From an uncultured bacterium (lineage in GTDB: Bacteria > Omnitrophota > Omnitrophia > Omnitrophales > Aquincolibacteriaceae): 64,000 nt of DNA. The position numbers were made by a program, and so were the translations under genes. The notes beneath the pieces are model-generated. The model worked only from the letters and a program-made list of their open reading frames with translations. It did no database searches and had not been told where the DNA came from. The stretch covers positions 118,687 to 182,686 of the forward strand of contig CAYLPP010000001.1 in the NCBI GenBank assembly GCA_964385615.1. The letters run 5' to 3'. This document shows, in pieces, positions 38,029-48,141 of the stretch. Numbering within the stretch: the stretch's first letter is position 1; each line of letters begins with the position of its first letter.

Positions 38029-40044
38029 ATGATAAGAAATAGAGCATTTAAAACTGTTAGCTGGGCCCTGGTTTTCGCACTCATTCTGCCTCATTCTCTT
38101 CACGCTGAAGATTTCATGAATTCTTACTCGGAAGCCACAAACCGCGCCCAGTCCGCTCCGAGCACTAAAGATACGACCCCCGTGCGGTCAAATTTGAAAA
38201 CGACTCCGCCTCCGGCCCAAAGCACAGAGCCGCCGGCCAACCCGCTGACACCGGCAACTCCACCGCCTTCATCTTCACCTTCGTCTCCGGCGACACCGCC
38301 GATTCCGAATAATGGCGGATCAAACAATGCCCCTGCTCAACCGGGCAGCAATATTTCGAACACGCCTTCCAGTTCCGCTGTTACATCCGGATATGTGAAC
38401 AACAATGGAAATCTGGTCCCTTCAGGAGTCGACACAACTCCCGGCTCAGCTGAGAATCCTTCATTATCCGTACCGGGGCAAACGATTCAAACCAGCCCGT
38501 TTGTCATCGGACTTAACGGAAATTTTCAAGACCCTTTAAACGCGGCTCCCGGGTACAACCTGAGTGAAGCTTATGACCCGACTCCTGAACTAATGAATGT
38601 TTCTTTTCAGGATCCGCCGGAAGGCTACCAGTACCAGAATGGCCAGCTCGTTCCAATTATTAATCCTTATCCGAATCAGTTTCCTACACCAACGCCTCCG
38701 GAGGGCTATCATTACGAACCCGTGATCACCCCGGGACAGCCTGCTGGCAGTCAATTGGTTGCAAACACAACTCCGCCGGCTCTATCTTCCGAAGGAATCA
38801 ATCCCATCAACGAATCAGACCCTTCTGCCGTCACGTCTGAGCCTAATGATCCTCAAACTATTCTAGAACCGGGAACTGTCATTGAACCCGTGCAGTCTGA
38901 ACCGGAAGAAATCGAAGAAATTACCGAAATCCGGGTTGATTACCGCGAAGACATGGTTGATCATCTTGGCGAACTGGTTATTGATTTTGAAGATGACCTG
39001 GCTACCGGCGCGGTCCGCACCTTCGTCTGGGTCACAGGGGTTGTCACAAGCACCAAGGTTTACGATCAGCACGGCAATCTCCTGCGCGTGGAACCGGGTC
39101 GGCTCGATTGCTCACAGCCGGATTCCAGCTGTGAAATGCTTTTTATTGATAAAGATTATCCGCGGACAGATGATCCGATGAATCACATCCTGCACAGCTT
39201 CAAACTCCTGCGGCTTGATAAAAGTATGGTTGAGTCCTCCGCGGGCGTACAGAACGGGACGATCAGTTTCGTGACAGACGCCAACAAAACCTATCGCCTG
39301 GATAATTATGACGCGGGTGTCAGCACCACCGTCAACACCCCCGGTTTTTATTTGTATGAATACCAAAGCGCGCCCAACTCACTGGAACGCAGAATTTATC
39401 AAAACATTCACGCGAGCCGGAGCGGGACCCCCGCCATGGGTGTTTATAAAATTCAGTACAATCTGGCGGACTCAAACACCAACATTTCCGGTGTATGGCT
39501 CCAGAAACAGATCGGCGGCGCCATCGGCGATCCGCGCTTTACCTTTGAACCCAACGTCAATCGTTATGTAACGCGGGCATTACCGCCGGCCAACGATCCT
39601 GAAATCCCCATTGGGAATTCGATTGATAATTTTATTCAGGAAGTTACCGTAACTTACCCGATAGGCCCGTTGAGTGCCGGGCAAGTTGTAACCTATAGAG
39701 TCGTCATGCCGCAAAAGTCGATCGACACGACCTTCACCGTTCCCGCGGGCCCTCAAGCTCCGCAAGCCGCTCTTAAAGGCGGTATAGCCGTTGACCAGGA
39801 CCTGATTAAGTGGTTCGACGTATTTCCTGAAGATTCAACACTCCGGCAGGGGTTCAGAATGGACTTTAAACGAGAGGGTGCTCCAACCCGAATGGGAGAA
39901 TTCACATTGATTGACCTTCCCATGCAGGTAGTCAGCGGTACCGTCAACACCGTTCCTCAATACGCGAATTACTACGCGCTGAATTTTTTGAGAGGCAGGA
40001 GAAACAACCGCAGAAACGGCGGCCGGGGCGGAAGAAAAAGTTAA
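38029..40044 (+). CDS. Secreted 671-aa protein with an N-terminal Pro/Ser/Thr-rich low-complexity region and an Arg/Gly-rich C-terminal tail
   Basis: Signal peptide MIRNRAFKTVSWALVFALILPHSLHA, an approximately 110-aa PST-rich stretch, a large uncharacterised domain, and a C-terminal RGRRNNRRNGGRGGRKS. Confidence 0.65.
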   Translation: MIRNRAFKTVSWALVFALILPHSLHAEDFMNSYSEATNRAQSAPSTKDTTPVRSNLKTTPPPAQSTEPPANPLTPATPPPSSSPSSPATPPIPNNGGSNNAPAQPGSNISNTPSSSAVTSGYVNNNGNLVPSGVDTTPGSAENPSLSVPGQTIQTSPFVIGLNGNFQDPLNAAPGYNLSEAYDPTPELMNVSFQDPPEGYQYQNGQLVPIINPYPNQFPTPTPPEGYHYEPVITPGQPAGSQLVANTTPPALSSEGINPINESDPSAVTSEPNDPQTILEPGTVIEPVQSEPEEIEEITEIRVDYREDMVDHLGELVIDFEDDLATGAVRTFVWVTGVVTSTKVYDQHGNLLRVEPGRLDCSQPDSSCEMLFIDKDYPRTDDPMNHILHSFKLLRLDKSMVESSAGVQNGTISFVTDANKTYRLDNYDAGVSTTVNTPGFYLYEYQSAPNSLERRIYQNIHASRSGTPAMGVYKIQYNLADSNTNISGVWLQKQIGGAIGDPRFTFEPNVNRYVTRALPPANDPEIPIGNSIDNFIQEVTVTYPIGPLSAGQVVTYRVVMPQKSIDTTFTVPAGPQAPQAALKGGIAVDQDLIKWFDVFPEDSTLRQGFRMDFKREGAPTRMGEFTLIDLPMQVVSGTVNTVPQYANYYALNFLRGRRNNRRNGGRGGRKS

Positions 40045-40046
40045 AT

Positions 40047-41414
40047 CTAGTTCTTTTTAAGTTCGGCGGCGAGCTGAGCGACGGTTTCCTTGGCGGAACC
40101 GAACAGCATCATGGTCTTGGAATTGTAGAATAATTCGTTTTCAATACCCGCGAAGCCGGTAGCCATCCCGCGCTTGAGGAAAAGAATCTGGCGGGCTTTG
40201 TCGACTTCAATGATCGGCATGCCGTAAATCGGACTTCCAGGATTGGTCTTGGCAGCGGGATTGACCACATCGTTAGCACCAATAACCACGACAATATCCA
40301 CCTGGTTCATTTCCGGATTGATTTCATCCATTTCAATCAAATTATCGTAGGGAATGTCCGCTTCCGCCAACAGCACGTTCATATGCCCCGGCATACGGCC
40401 CGCGACCGGATGAATCGCGAACTTCACGTCAATTCCTCTTTTGGTCAAATGATCATAAAGTTCGCGGACTTTGTGCTGAGCCTGCGCCACGGCCATACCA
40501 TAGCCTGGCACAATCACGACTTTTTCCGCTTCTTTTAAGTATTCCGCGGCTTCTTCAGCCGTAACTGACCGGACTGTCTTTTCTTCTTCCTTACCCGCCG
40601 CGCTTTTCTTGACCTGCCCAAAGCCGCCGAACAGCACGTTTGTAAACGAACGGTTCATGGCTTTGCACATAATAATGGAGAGAATTAAACCGCTGGCACC
40701 ATCCAACGCGCCCGCGATAATCAAAAGAGGGTTGCTTAGCACAAAGCCCATCGCGACAGCGGAAAGACCCGCGTAAGAATTTAAAAGAGAAATCACGGTC
40801 GGCATATCCGCGCCGCCAATCGGCATGACCAGCATCACGCCGAACATGGCCGCCAAAGCGGCAATTGCGAGAAGCATCCAGGTATTCGCGGGATTCAGGA
40901 TCAGAAGCACGCCAAGTACCATCGCTGAGCTGATAACCGCCAGATTCACAATATTCTGACCGGGATAAGTTACCGGCCGGCCGGAAATCACTTCCTGCAG
41001 TTTAAGCGTGGCAATAATACTGCCCGTAAATGTCACACCGCCGAGCAGGACTTCAAACACAATGGCACCTGTGACAAACGGTGTCAGCTCATGCGAAGAA
41101 AACACGAAAAATTTACCGATACCCACAAGCGCGGCCGCGAGCGCGCCAAAAGCATGAGACAAAGCGGTTCTTTGAGGAACCGCGGTAATCGGAACCGCCG
41201 CAAGAGGAACACCGACCAGCGTGCCAAGCACCATCGCAATCACGATAGCGGTGTAATGATTAACATGAGGGCTGAACAGAGTTCCACCGACGGCCAGAAC
41301 CATCGCGGCCACACCGGCATAAACACCTTTGCGGGCCGTCACAGGAGAATTCATCCAGCGTAAAGAAAGAATAAAAAGCGCGCCGGAAACGATATAGATC
41401 AGCTGAACGATCAT
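40047..41414 (-). CDS. pntB: NAD(P) transhydrogenase subunit beta
   Basis: 455 aa with N-terminal TM helices and a C-terminal dIII NADP(H)-binding domain (GYGMAVAQAQHKV). Confidence 0.9.
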   Translation of the reverse strand: MIVQLIYIVSGALFILSLRWMNSPVTARKGVYAGVAAMVLAVGGTLFSPHVNHYTAIVIAMVLGTLVGVPLAAVPITAVPQRTALSHAFGALAAALVGIGKFFVFSSHELTPFVTGAIVFEVLLGGVTFTGSIIATLKLQEVISGRPVTYPGQNIVNLAVISSAMVLGVLLILNPANTWMLLAIAALAAMFGVMLVMPIGGADMPTVISLLNSYAGLSAVAMGFVLSNPLLIIAGALDGASGLILSIIMCKAMNRSFTNVLFGGFGQVKKSAAGKEEEKTVRSVTAEEAAEYLKEAEKVVIVPGYGMAVAQAQHKVRELYDHLTKRGIDVKFAIHPVAGRMPGHMNVLLAEADIPYDNLIEMDEINPEMNQVDIVVVIGANDVVNPAAKTNPGSPIYGMPIIEVDKARQILFLKRGMATGFAGIENELFYNSKTMMLFGSAKETVAQLAAELKKN

Positions 41415-41722
41415 GCTTTCTCCCCTTCAACCGTCTTGCGCTTCTTAAACATCTTGAGCATCCGGTCGGTAATGAGAAAGCCTGAAACGATGTTCGTCAT
41501 GGAACAGAAAACCGCCGTCGCACCAAGAATCGTTCCTAATTTACTGGGATGTTCCGCGGAGCCGGCAAGCAGAATCGCGCCGACAATGCAGATCGCGCTG
41601 ATCGCGTTGGTCAAAGACATCAGCGGTGTGTGCAAAAGAGGAGAAACTTTCTTGATCACGTCCAAACCGACAAATGTGGCCAGCATAAAAACCATCAGCC
41701 CGCTGATAAAAAATTCATTCAT
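41411..41722 (-). CDS. pntAB: NAD(P) transhydrogenase subunit alpha part 2 (membrane piece)
   Basis: 103 aa with 3-4 TM helices. Lies between pntAA and pntB with 4-nt overlaps. Confidence 0.85.
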   Translation of the reverse strand: MNEFFISGLMVFMLATFVGLDVIKKVSPLLHTPLMSLTNAISAICIVGAILLAGSAEHPSKLGTILGATAVFCSMTNIVSGFLITDRMLKMFKKRKTVEGEKA

Positions 41723-42846
41723 GATTTCAGCAGTCCTTTCACCCGCTCATTGACGACCTGGCCGCCGTGCGCCACGCACGCGCCTTTAATAATGTCGTCG
41801 TTGAAATCGAGGTTAAGCTTGCCTTCTTTAGTCACCAAAAGACCCAGAAGGTTCAAAATATTACGGGAATAAAGCTGGCTGGCATGAACCGGAAGCGTTG
41901 ACGGCAAATTAACAGGCCCCACAATGCTGACACCGTTCGCGCCCACGGTTTCACCGGGCTTAGAACCTTCCACATTGCCGCCCTGCTCCGCGGCCATATC
42001 CACAATCACGGAACCTGGCTTCATGCGCGAGACCATTTCTTTCGTGACAAGCACCGGGGCCTTTTTGCCCGGCACCTGAGCAGTCGTGATCACCACATCA
42101 GAAACCGCGACGGTTTCCGCCAGCGCTTCCTGAAGTTTCTTCTTGGTTTCTTCGCTGACTTCTTTCGCGTAACCGCCTTCAGCCTTCGCGTCGACTTCCA
42201 CTTTCGCTTCCACAAATTTCGCGCCCAAGCTCTGAACCTGCTCTTTAACTTCAGGGCGAATATCAAAAGCGCTGACCACCGCACCCAGCCGGCGGGCAGT
42301 CGCGATGGCCTGTAACCCGGCCACGCCGACACCAATCACTAAAACTTTCGCGGGCTGAACCGTTCCGGCCGCCGTCGTCAGCATGGGAAAATATTTTCCG
42401 ATCACCATGGAAGCGGTCAAAACGGCTTTGTACCCGCCGATATTGGCCTGGGAAGAAAGCGCGTCCATGCTTTGCGCCCGGCTGGTGCGGGGAATCAGCT
42501 CCATACTGAAAGCCGTAACTCCGCGCTTGGCAAGTTCGGAAGAAATCGAAGGATCCGCGAGAGGATTGAGGAAACTGACATAAACCGCGCCCTGTTTCAG
42601 CTTGCCGATTTCGACTGCCGAAGGCACCGTCACTTTAATCACGATTTCAGAGGAAAGGGCTTCGTCGGCGGAAACCATGGAAGCGCCGGCTTTTTCATAA
42701 TCCGCGTCGGTGAAAAAGGCTTTGGAACCGGCTCCGCGTTCTATTTGAATTTTATGGCCGGCCTTAATCAGCTTGGCAACTGTTTCCGGAACCAACGCGA
42801 CCCGGGTCTCCCCCGCCGCGCTTTCTTTCGGCACTCCAATAATCAT
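41719..42846 (-). CDS. pntAA: NAD(P) transhydrogenase subunit alpha part 1 (AlaDH/PNT domain)
   Basis: MIIGVPKESAAGETRVALVPETVAKLIKAGH... and Rossmann VLVIGVGVAGLQAIATARRLGA. Confidence 0.9.
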   Translation of the reverse strand: MIIGVPKESAAGETRVALVPETVAKLIKAGHKIQIERGAGSKAFFTDADYEKAGASMVSADEALSSEIVIKVTVPSAVEIGKLKQGAVYVSFLNPLADPSISSELAKRGVTAFSMELIPRTSRAQSMDALSSQANIGGYKAVLTASMVIGKYFPMLTTAAGTVQPAKVLVIGVGVAGLQAIATARRLGAVVSAFDIRPEVKEQVQSLGAKFVEAKVEVDAKAEGGYAKEVSEETKKKLQEALAETVAVSDVVITTAQVPGKKAPVLVTKEMVSRMKPGSVIVDMAAEQGGNVEGSKPGETVGANGVSIVGPVNLPSTLPVHASQLYSRNILNLLGLLVTKEGKLNLDFNDDIIKGACVAHGGQVVNERVKGLLKS

Positions 42847-42913
42847 GAATTCCCTTTCTTGAATAAATACAGCTCAATCATAGAGATCAGAAACGTCATT
42901 TCAAGTCTTTTTC

Positions 42914-43621
42914 TTAACCTACCGTCTTCCGAACCGCGAAAATGGAGTGCCTTTTCTTACCAAACCCCTTCTGAAGGGTCAGACTGAAGCCGTTGGCCCG
43001 AAGGGCGCGTTTGAGCTCCCCTTTACTCGCGTAAGTGGAAATAAAACAAGGCTGCGCGGAAGCACGCGTAAAAAAGCGGGTCAAAAATTCTTCCGTCCAA
43101 AGCTGAGGGCTGGTATTACTGCTGAAAGGGTCAAATAAAATCGCGTGAGCCGGCGTAAGCACAGCTTCCTCAACCGGTCCTTCAAGGCGGAGTTTTCTAT
43201 GATTTAAAAGCTCCAGCAGGAGTTTCTTAACCTCCGCCGTGCTTCTTTCGTATTTATGAGAATAGAGCCCGGCAATCTGATCGTAGAGCGGGGTTAAGGA
43301 AACAGGTTTATCCTTTAACCAGTCCGTAAAAGCTTCCCGCAAAGGTTCCACGGATTCGTAACTGGCGATCAGTTCCGGCGCACGGTCATGTTTCAAAGAC
43401 TCAAACCCGATGAGCATTTCATTGTAGGCAAGCCCCAAACCGAGAGAAAGAAAAATAGGGTTTTGAACCGTGTTGAAAGCTTTTTCAATCGTGGGCTGAT
43501 AGATGTACTGGGTTTCAGTAAACGCGCCTTCCCAGGCGTGCATATGCTCCCAAGTGGGCGGGAGACAAAGCGTTGGGCTTCCATCATCCGTCACAACATG
43601 TTTATATTCAAATGCCGGCAT
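42914..43621 (-). CDS. mnmC: tRNA mnm5s2U34 methyltransferase domain protein (MnmC methyltransferase domain / MnmD-like, stand-alone)
   Basis: LFDPFSSNTSPQLWTEEF...LQKGFGKKRHSIF parallels E. coli MnmC FLDGFAPAKNPDMWTQNLF...QKRKGFGRKREML. N-terminal TDDGSPTL. Confidence 0.65.
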   Translation of the reverse strand: MPAFEYKHVVTDDGSPTLCLPPTWEHMHAWEGAFTETQYIYQPTIEKAFNTVQNPIFLSLGLGLAYNEMLIGFESLKHDRAPELIASYESVEPLREAFTDWLKDKPVSLTPLYDQIAGLYSHKYERSTAEVKKLLLELLNHRKLRLEGPVEEAVLTPAHAILFDPFSSNTSPQLWTEEFLTRFFTRASAQPCFISTYASKGELKRALRANGFSLTLQKGFGKKRHSIFAVRKTVG

Positions 43622-44820
43622 CAGGAAGCCGGAGAAGGCGCTATTTGCTCCCGAAGGTATTCGGCAAGCTTCGCGGAAGCAAGCGGGGTCAAATGCACGC
43701 TGTCCGCGGAAATCGCCGTTTGCCCAAACTCAACGGCAAGCTTCCGGCAAGGCTCCGTGAGATCCACCGTTTTAAAACCCAATTCATCGAAATTTTTCTT
43801 CAAAAATTCATGCAGCGGGCCGAGCGGGTATTTTTGCATTTCTGAAATCAGCGGGAAAATAACCACCGTTACCTGAAAATGATTTTCCTCTGCCAGTTTT
43901 TTAAGCTTCTGAAAAGCCCGGGCGCAAGCCTTCCATTGGGATTTATAGATAATCTGCTCATTGCGGAAGCCGATTTCACGCATATCAAAATCCAGAGACC
44001 CGGCGGAAGTTCCCAACTCGCGCGCCTTTTCTTCTATTTGCTTTTCCAATCCGGCATATTCGCTGTCCGGTTCATCGCGGTTAGCTTCGGCTTTTTTCTC
44101 GACGTATTCATTTAAGAGCGGAGTCCCCTGTAAAAACGTGGCTCTTTTCTGCAAATGAAATTGACGGTCGAGCAATTTCAGCAGGCGGGAATGAGAAAAA
44201 AGCCAAGCCAAAACTTCCTGAAAAGGATTGCCTGCTTTCCCCGTAATATTAGCCGTAAACCCGGACCAAAAAGTTTCGAGCTCCCAGGAAGCGTACCGCA
44301 TATCATTCAGCGTAAAGCCCAGGATAACGGTTTCGGGGCCGTACTTGAGCCCTTTGGTTTTGAGAAACTCCACTTCCTGCGCGGTGTCGTAGCCGGAAAC
44401 TCCCAGGTTTAAAACTTCAGCCTTAACCCCATGCTTCAAAAATTCCGCTTCGAGTTTTTTGGGAAGCGCGTCTTCCCTTCTCACTCCATATCCATAAACC
44501 ACGGAATCCCCCAAAAAAACCATACGGGCGGTATCAGCCGGTTTCTCAACAGAATAATCCCGGTCGCGAAATCCATCCGCGTTAACCTGGTGCAAAATCC
44601 CATCGGCGGAAACCGACTGAGCCCCGGGAGACGGCTCATAAATCAAAACGGGATTTTGGCTCAGCTGGTGAATGGTTACTGACGCGGGAGCGGGAGCCGG
44701 GAAAAGAACGCGGACCGCGAATTCAGAAAGGGCCACAGCGGTAATTAAAGAAATTAAAAACAACGCGAGGTTGGGAAACCAAATAGAAGTTTTAGTCTGA
44801 ATTTTATGAGTTTCAGGCAT
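43621..44820 (-). CDS. Membrane-anchored SGNH/GDSL-family hydrolase (AlgJ/DltD-like fold)
   Basis: N-terminal TM, then SGNH blocks I MVFLGDSVVYGYG, II NLGVSGYDT, III GFTLND and V ADSVHLT. Confidence 0.65.
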   Translation of the reverse strand: MPETHKIQTKTSIWFPNLALFLISLITAVALSEFAVRVLFPAPAPASVTIHQLSQNPVLIYEPSPGAQSVSADGILHQVNADGFRDRDYSVEKPADTARMVFLGDSVVYGYGVRREDALPKKLEAEFLKHGVKAEVLNLGVSGYDTAQEVEFLKTKGLKYGPETVILGFTLNDMRYASWELETFWSGFTANITGKAGNPFQEVLAWLFSHSRLLKLLDRQFHLQKRATFLQGTPLLNEYVEKKAEANRDEPDSEYAGLEKQIEEKARELGTSAGSLDFDMREIGFRNEQIIYKSQWKACARAFQKLKKLAEENHFQVTVVIFPLISEMQKYPLGPLHEFLKKNFDELGFKTVDLTEPCRKLAVEFGQTAISADSVHLTPLASAKLAEYLREQIAPSPAS

Positions 44821-44861
44821 TCAAAAACCGAATAGGCTTTGGGTTCTTAAAGATAAGGAAA

Positions 44862-44947
44862 TGGTGGGGAGTAGTGGATTCGAACCACTGAAGGCGTTAG
44901 CCAACAGATTTACAGTCTGTCCCCTTTGGCCGCTTGGGTAACTCCCC
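44862..44947 (-). tRNA. tRNA-Tyr (anticodon GTA), class II long variable arm, CCA encoded
   Basis: Reverse complement GGGGAGTTACCCAAGCGGCCAAAGGGGACAGACTGTAAATCTGTTGGCTAACGCCTTCAGTGGTTCGAATCCACTACTCCCCACCA. Anticodon stem ACAGA/TCTGT and loop CTGTAAA. Confidence 0.9.
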
Positions 44948-45035
44948 GAGCCGGACGGAATTTCACCAAGATTCCGCCGGATCGCACTTGCGTATCACCG
45001 CAAGCGCGAAATAAAAAGCATCATCCATTCAAATC

Positions 45036-45108
45036 AGCTGGTGGAGGGATTTGAACCCCCGACATGCTGTTTACAAAACAGCTGCTCTACCAACTGAGCT
45101 ACACCAGC
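45036..45108 (-). tRNA. tRNA-Thr (anticodon TGT), no encoded CCA
   Basis: Reverse complement GCTGGTGTAGCTCAGTTGGTAGAGCAGCTGTTTTGTAAACAGCATGTCGGGGGTTCAAATCCCTCCACCAGCT. Anticodon stem GCTGT/ACAGC and loop TTTGTAA. Confidence 0.9.
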
Positions 45109-45211
45109 ATGAAGTAACGTAAATTGTAACCACTTCGCGGCGTCCCGTGGGAAGCCAGCAATGAAAGGTCAGGCATTGTACCTAAAAACTCTTTAAAAAT
45201 AAAGGAGGAGA

Positions 45212-46165
45212 TTACCGCGCGTTTTTAAAGCTTCCCAGAGCCTCTAAATGCGAGGCAATACATTTGGGGAGCTCCCGCAAATTGTAACCGCCTTCGAGAA
45301 GGGAAATGATCCGGCCGGCGGAAAACCGGTCCGCGATTTCCATCATACGCAGGGTCATCCAGCCAAAAAATTCCGTAGTCAACCCCATGCGCGCCAGAGG
45401 GTCACGCTCATGAGCGTCAAAACCGGCTGAAATTAAAACCGCGTCAGGTTTAAAATCTTTGATCTTCGGTATGACTTTTTCCGTGAATGCTTTTTCATAA
45501 TCTTTGTCTCCGGAACCCGCTTCCATTGGGCAATTCAAAGTCGCGCCTTTCCCCCGCCCTACACCAGTTTCCCAGGCCGCGCCCGTCCCAGGGTAAAACG
45601 GATATTGATGCAAGCTTACATATAAAACCGATGGGTCATCTTCAAAAGTGTGCTGGGTGCCGTTGCCGTGATGCACATCCCAATCAAGGATCACGATCTT
45701 ATCGAGACCATGCTTTTTCTGCAGGTAGCGGGCCGTGACCGCGACGTTATTAAAAAGACAGAATCCCATCGCTTCATCCCGCTCCGCGTGATGGCCGGGC
45801 GGGCGCAAAAGCGCGAAGCCGTTTTGAATTTCTTTTTTCATAACTTTGTCCGCCAGTTCCAAAGCTCCGCCGGCGGCAAGAAGCGCGATCTCGAAAGAAT
45901 TTTCTCCGATTCCGACATCGGGGGTATCCAGATAGGGCTGGCCGGACTTGCAGATTTCCAGCGCGTGTTTCATGTAAGTGATGCCGTGAATAGTCTGAAT
46001 CCATTCGAGTTCAGCGCTCCGGGGAGACAAAAATTTCATCTTTTCAAACCACGGCAGAGTCTTAAGATATTTCAGGCTTTCGGAAAGCCGCTCCGGGCAC
46101 TCAGGGTGTCCGGGGCCGGTGTCATGCTCAAGGTAGCGCGGGTCGAATAAAAATCCAGTACTCAT
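45212..46165 (-). CDS. Histone-deacetylase-family amidohydrolase (AcuC/AphA-like)
   Basis: LRPPGHHAERDEAMGFCLFNNVAV...ILDWDVHHGNGTQ...SAGFDAHERDPL matches the HDAC class zinc-binding motifs. Confidence 0.8.
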   Translation of the reverse strand: MSTGFLFDPRYLEHDTGPGHPECPERLSESLKYLKTLPWFEKMKFLSPRSAELEWIQTIHGITYMKHALEICKSGQPYLDTPDVGIGENSFEIALLAAGGALELADKVMKKEIQNGFALLRPPGHHAERDEAMGFCLFNNVAVTARYLQKKHGLDKIVILDWDVHHGNGTQHTFEDDPSVLYVSLHQYPFYPGTGAAWETGVGRGKGATLNCPMEAGSGDKDYEKAFTEKVIPKIKDFKPDAVLISAGFDAHERDPLARMGLTTEFFGWMTLRMMEIADRFSAGRIISLLEGGYNLRELPKCIASHLEALGSFKNAR

Positions 46166-46191
46166 GAATTTTTAATTATACTAGAGAAATC

Positions 46192-47271
46192 ATGAATTCC
46201 CCATTTTCAAAACGCACGGAAGGTTGGAGCCCGGAGCTCAACCCACTCTCAGTTAAATTAACTCAACTTCGCGCGGGCGGAAAAAAAATCCTGGATCTGA
46301 CGGTTTCCAACCCGACGCTTTGCGGGTTTAGCCTCCCAGACCTAAGCGCGCTCAGCCACCCCAAAAATCATCTCTACGAACCTGACGCGCGCGGTCTCCT
46401 GGAAGCCCGCCAGGCGGTCTGCCGGTATTACCAGGACTTTCATAAAATCCATGTTGAGGAAACCCAGGTTTTCATCACCGCCAACACCAGCGAAGCCTAT
46501 TCTTTTGTGTTCAGGCTTTTAGCGGATCCCGGAGATACCATTCTCGCGCCCCGGCCCAGCTACCCCTTGCTTCATTACCTGGCCGGGCTTCACGACCTGC
46601 GCCTGATTCACGAAGCCGGCAGTCAGCCTCCCCGCGCGATCCTTCTGGTAAATCCCAACAACCCGACGGGAAAATATGCGAGAGTTCCCAAAGCCGGTCT
46701 CCCGCTGATTGTGGACGAAGTCTTTCTGGATTACAGCTTTGCCGGAAATCCGGAAAGTTTCGCGGGCCGGCAGGATTCCCTTTGCTTCACCCTGAGCGGT
46801 ATTTCCAAAATTCTGGGCCTGCCTCAAATGAAAATTTCATGGATTATCGTGAGCGGGCCGGAAAATCTAAAAAAGGAAGCCCTTCACAGGCTTGAAATCA
46901 TCGCGGACACTTACCTTTCCGCTTCCGCGCCAAGTCAGCACGCTCTGCCGAAGTGGCTTGAACAGACCGGGAAAATTCAGACTGAAATCAAAACACGCCT
47001 CAAAACAAATCTGGAAACCGCTAAACGAATCTTCGCGCGGTCAAAAGCAAGGCTGATCGAACCTGAAGGCGGTTGGTACACGACTCTTGAAATGCCGGAG
47101 AGCCGGACGGACGAAGAGTGGGCACTGCGCCTGCTCGAAACCGCGGGCACGCTGACGCACCCTGGTTATTTATTCGATTTTGAAGAAGAAAAATTTTTAG
47201 TTTTAAGCCTGTTGGGTTTGCCGGAAGAATTTGAAGAAGGGTGCCGGCGAATCACGGCAGAATGTTTTTAA
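46192..47271 (+). CDS. Class I/II PLP-dependent aminotransferase
   Basis: LLVNPNNPTGK and the PLP-lysine region TLSGISKILGLPQMKISW. TATACT -10 lies 9 nt upstream of the ATG, so the transcript may be leaderless. Confidence 0.7.
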   Translation: MNSPFSKRTEGWSPELNPLSVKLTQLRAGGKKILDLTVSNPTLCGFSLPDLSALSHPKNHLYEPDARGLLEARQAVCRYYQDFHKIHVEETQVFITANTSEAYSFVFRLLADPGDTILAPRPSYPLLHYLAGLHDLRLIHEAGSQPPRAILLVNPNNPTGKYARVPKAGLPLIVDEVFLDYSFAGNPESFAGRQDSLCFTLSGISKILGLPQMKISWIIVSGPENLKKEALHRLEIIADTYLSASAPSQHALPKWLEQTGKIQTEIKTRLKTNLETAKRIFARSKARLIEPEGGWYTTLEMPESRTDEEWALRLLETAGTLTHPGYLFDFEEEKFLVLSLLGLPEEFEEGCRRITAECF

Positions 47272-47495
47272 CGAAGACTGAAGACTTTCTGTTTTGATTT
47301 GTGCCCCGACACAAGCTCCAGCGAAGATTTCGGAACCCCCAGAAAACCCGCCAGCTCGCGAAGAACGGCCGTATTGGCCCTGCCTTCGTCCGGCGGTTCC
47401 TTCACCCAGATTTTAAAATGAGTTGGGTCAATCCGCTCAACGCGGTTTTCTCTGGCCGAAGGTTTAGCGGTAATGAAAATTTTCTGCCCGGGCAT
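47268..47495 (-). CDS. DUF167 (YggU/UPF0235) family protein
   Basis: 75 aa with AKPSARENRVERI...VKEPPDEGRANTAVLRELAGFLGVPKSSLELVSGHKSKQKVF, the DUF167 consensus recalled from memory. Confidence 0.65.
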   Translation of the reverse strand: MPGQKIFITAKPSARENRVERIDPTHFKIWVKEPPDEGRANTAVLRELAGFLGVPKSSLELVSGHKSKQKVFSLR

Positions 47496-47501
47496 GGCCG
47501 G

Positions 47502-48044
47502 TTAAAACGTAACGCCCTGCTTCAGGGGAGGATATTTCTGATCTTTATCCGAAAGGATGTAGTCCATTTTAGGCCATGCGATCTGAATGTCCGGATCATT
47601 CCAAATAATTCCGCGCTCATCTTTCGGGGAGTAAAACGCGGAGACCTTATAATGAAATTCACAGGCATCCGTCAGAGAGCAAAACCCATGCGCGAACCCC
47701 GCGGGGACATAAAACCATTGGATTTTTGAACCGCTTAAAATCACACTGACATACTTGCCGAATGTTTTCGAGTTTTTGCGCAAATCCACGGCCACATCGT
47801 AAACTTCACCGGCCGTAACCCGGACCAGCTTGGCCTGAGCGGCTGGCGGAATCTGATAGTGAAGCCCCCGGAGAACCCCCTTGGAAGAACGGCTGCAGTT
47901 ATCCTGAACGAAACGCTCATGGATGCCGTTTTGGGCAAACTCATCTTCACGGTAGCTCTCGTAAAAATAGCCCCTTGAATCCGGGTAAACCTTAGGCTCA
48001 ATCAGCTTCACTTCGGGAATTTCTAATGGAATAAATTTCATCAT
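47502..48044 (-). CDS. rmlC: dTDP-4-dehydrorhamnose 3,5-epimerase
   Basis: MMKFIPLEIPEVKLIEPKVYPDSRGYFYESYRE...RGLHYQ...FYVPAGFAHGF. The start was set at Met65 of the track ORF (48044). Confidence 0.9.
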   Translation of the reverse strand: MMKFIPLEIPEVKLIEPKVYPDSRGYFYESYREDEFAQNGIHERFVQDNCSRSSKGVLRGLHYQIPPAAQAKLVRVTAGEVYDVAVDLRKNSKTFGKYVSVILSGSKIQWFYVPAGFAHGFCSLTDACEFHYKVSAFYSPKDERGIIWNDPDIQIAWPKMDYILSDKDQKYPPLKQGVTF

Positions 48045-48141
48045 GAAGGCCGATTCTATATAAAACCCCCCGTTCGGGCAAGGCCGGAAACAGAAAAACA
48101 ACATTTGTATTCCAAAAATGGAGCGTTTATAATGCTCGCCA

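Noticed and set aside
44821-45211. Integrative element or prophage at the tRNA-Tyr/tRNA-Thr locus
   Set aside because: No integrase, no duplicated tRNA 3' end (att repeat) and no compositional shift. The flanking genes are core metabolism.
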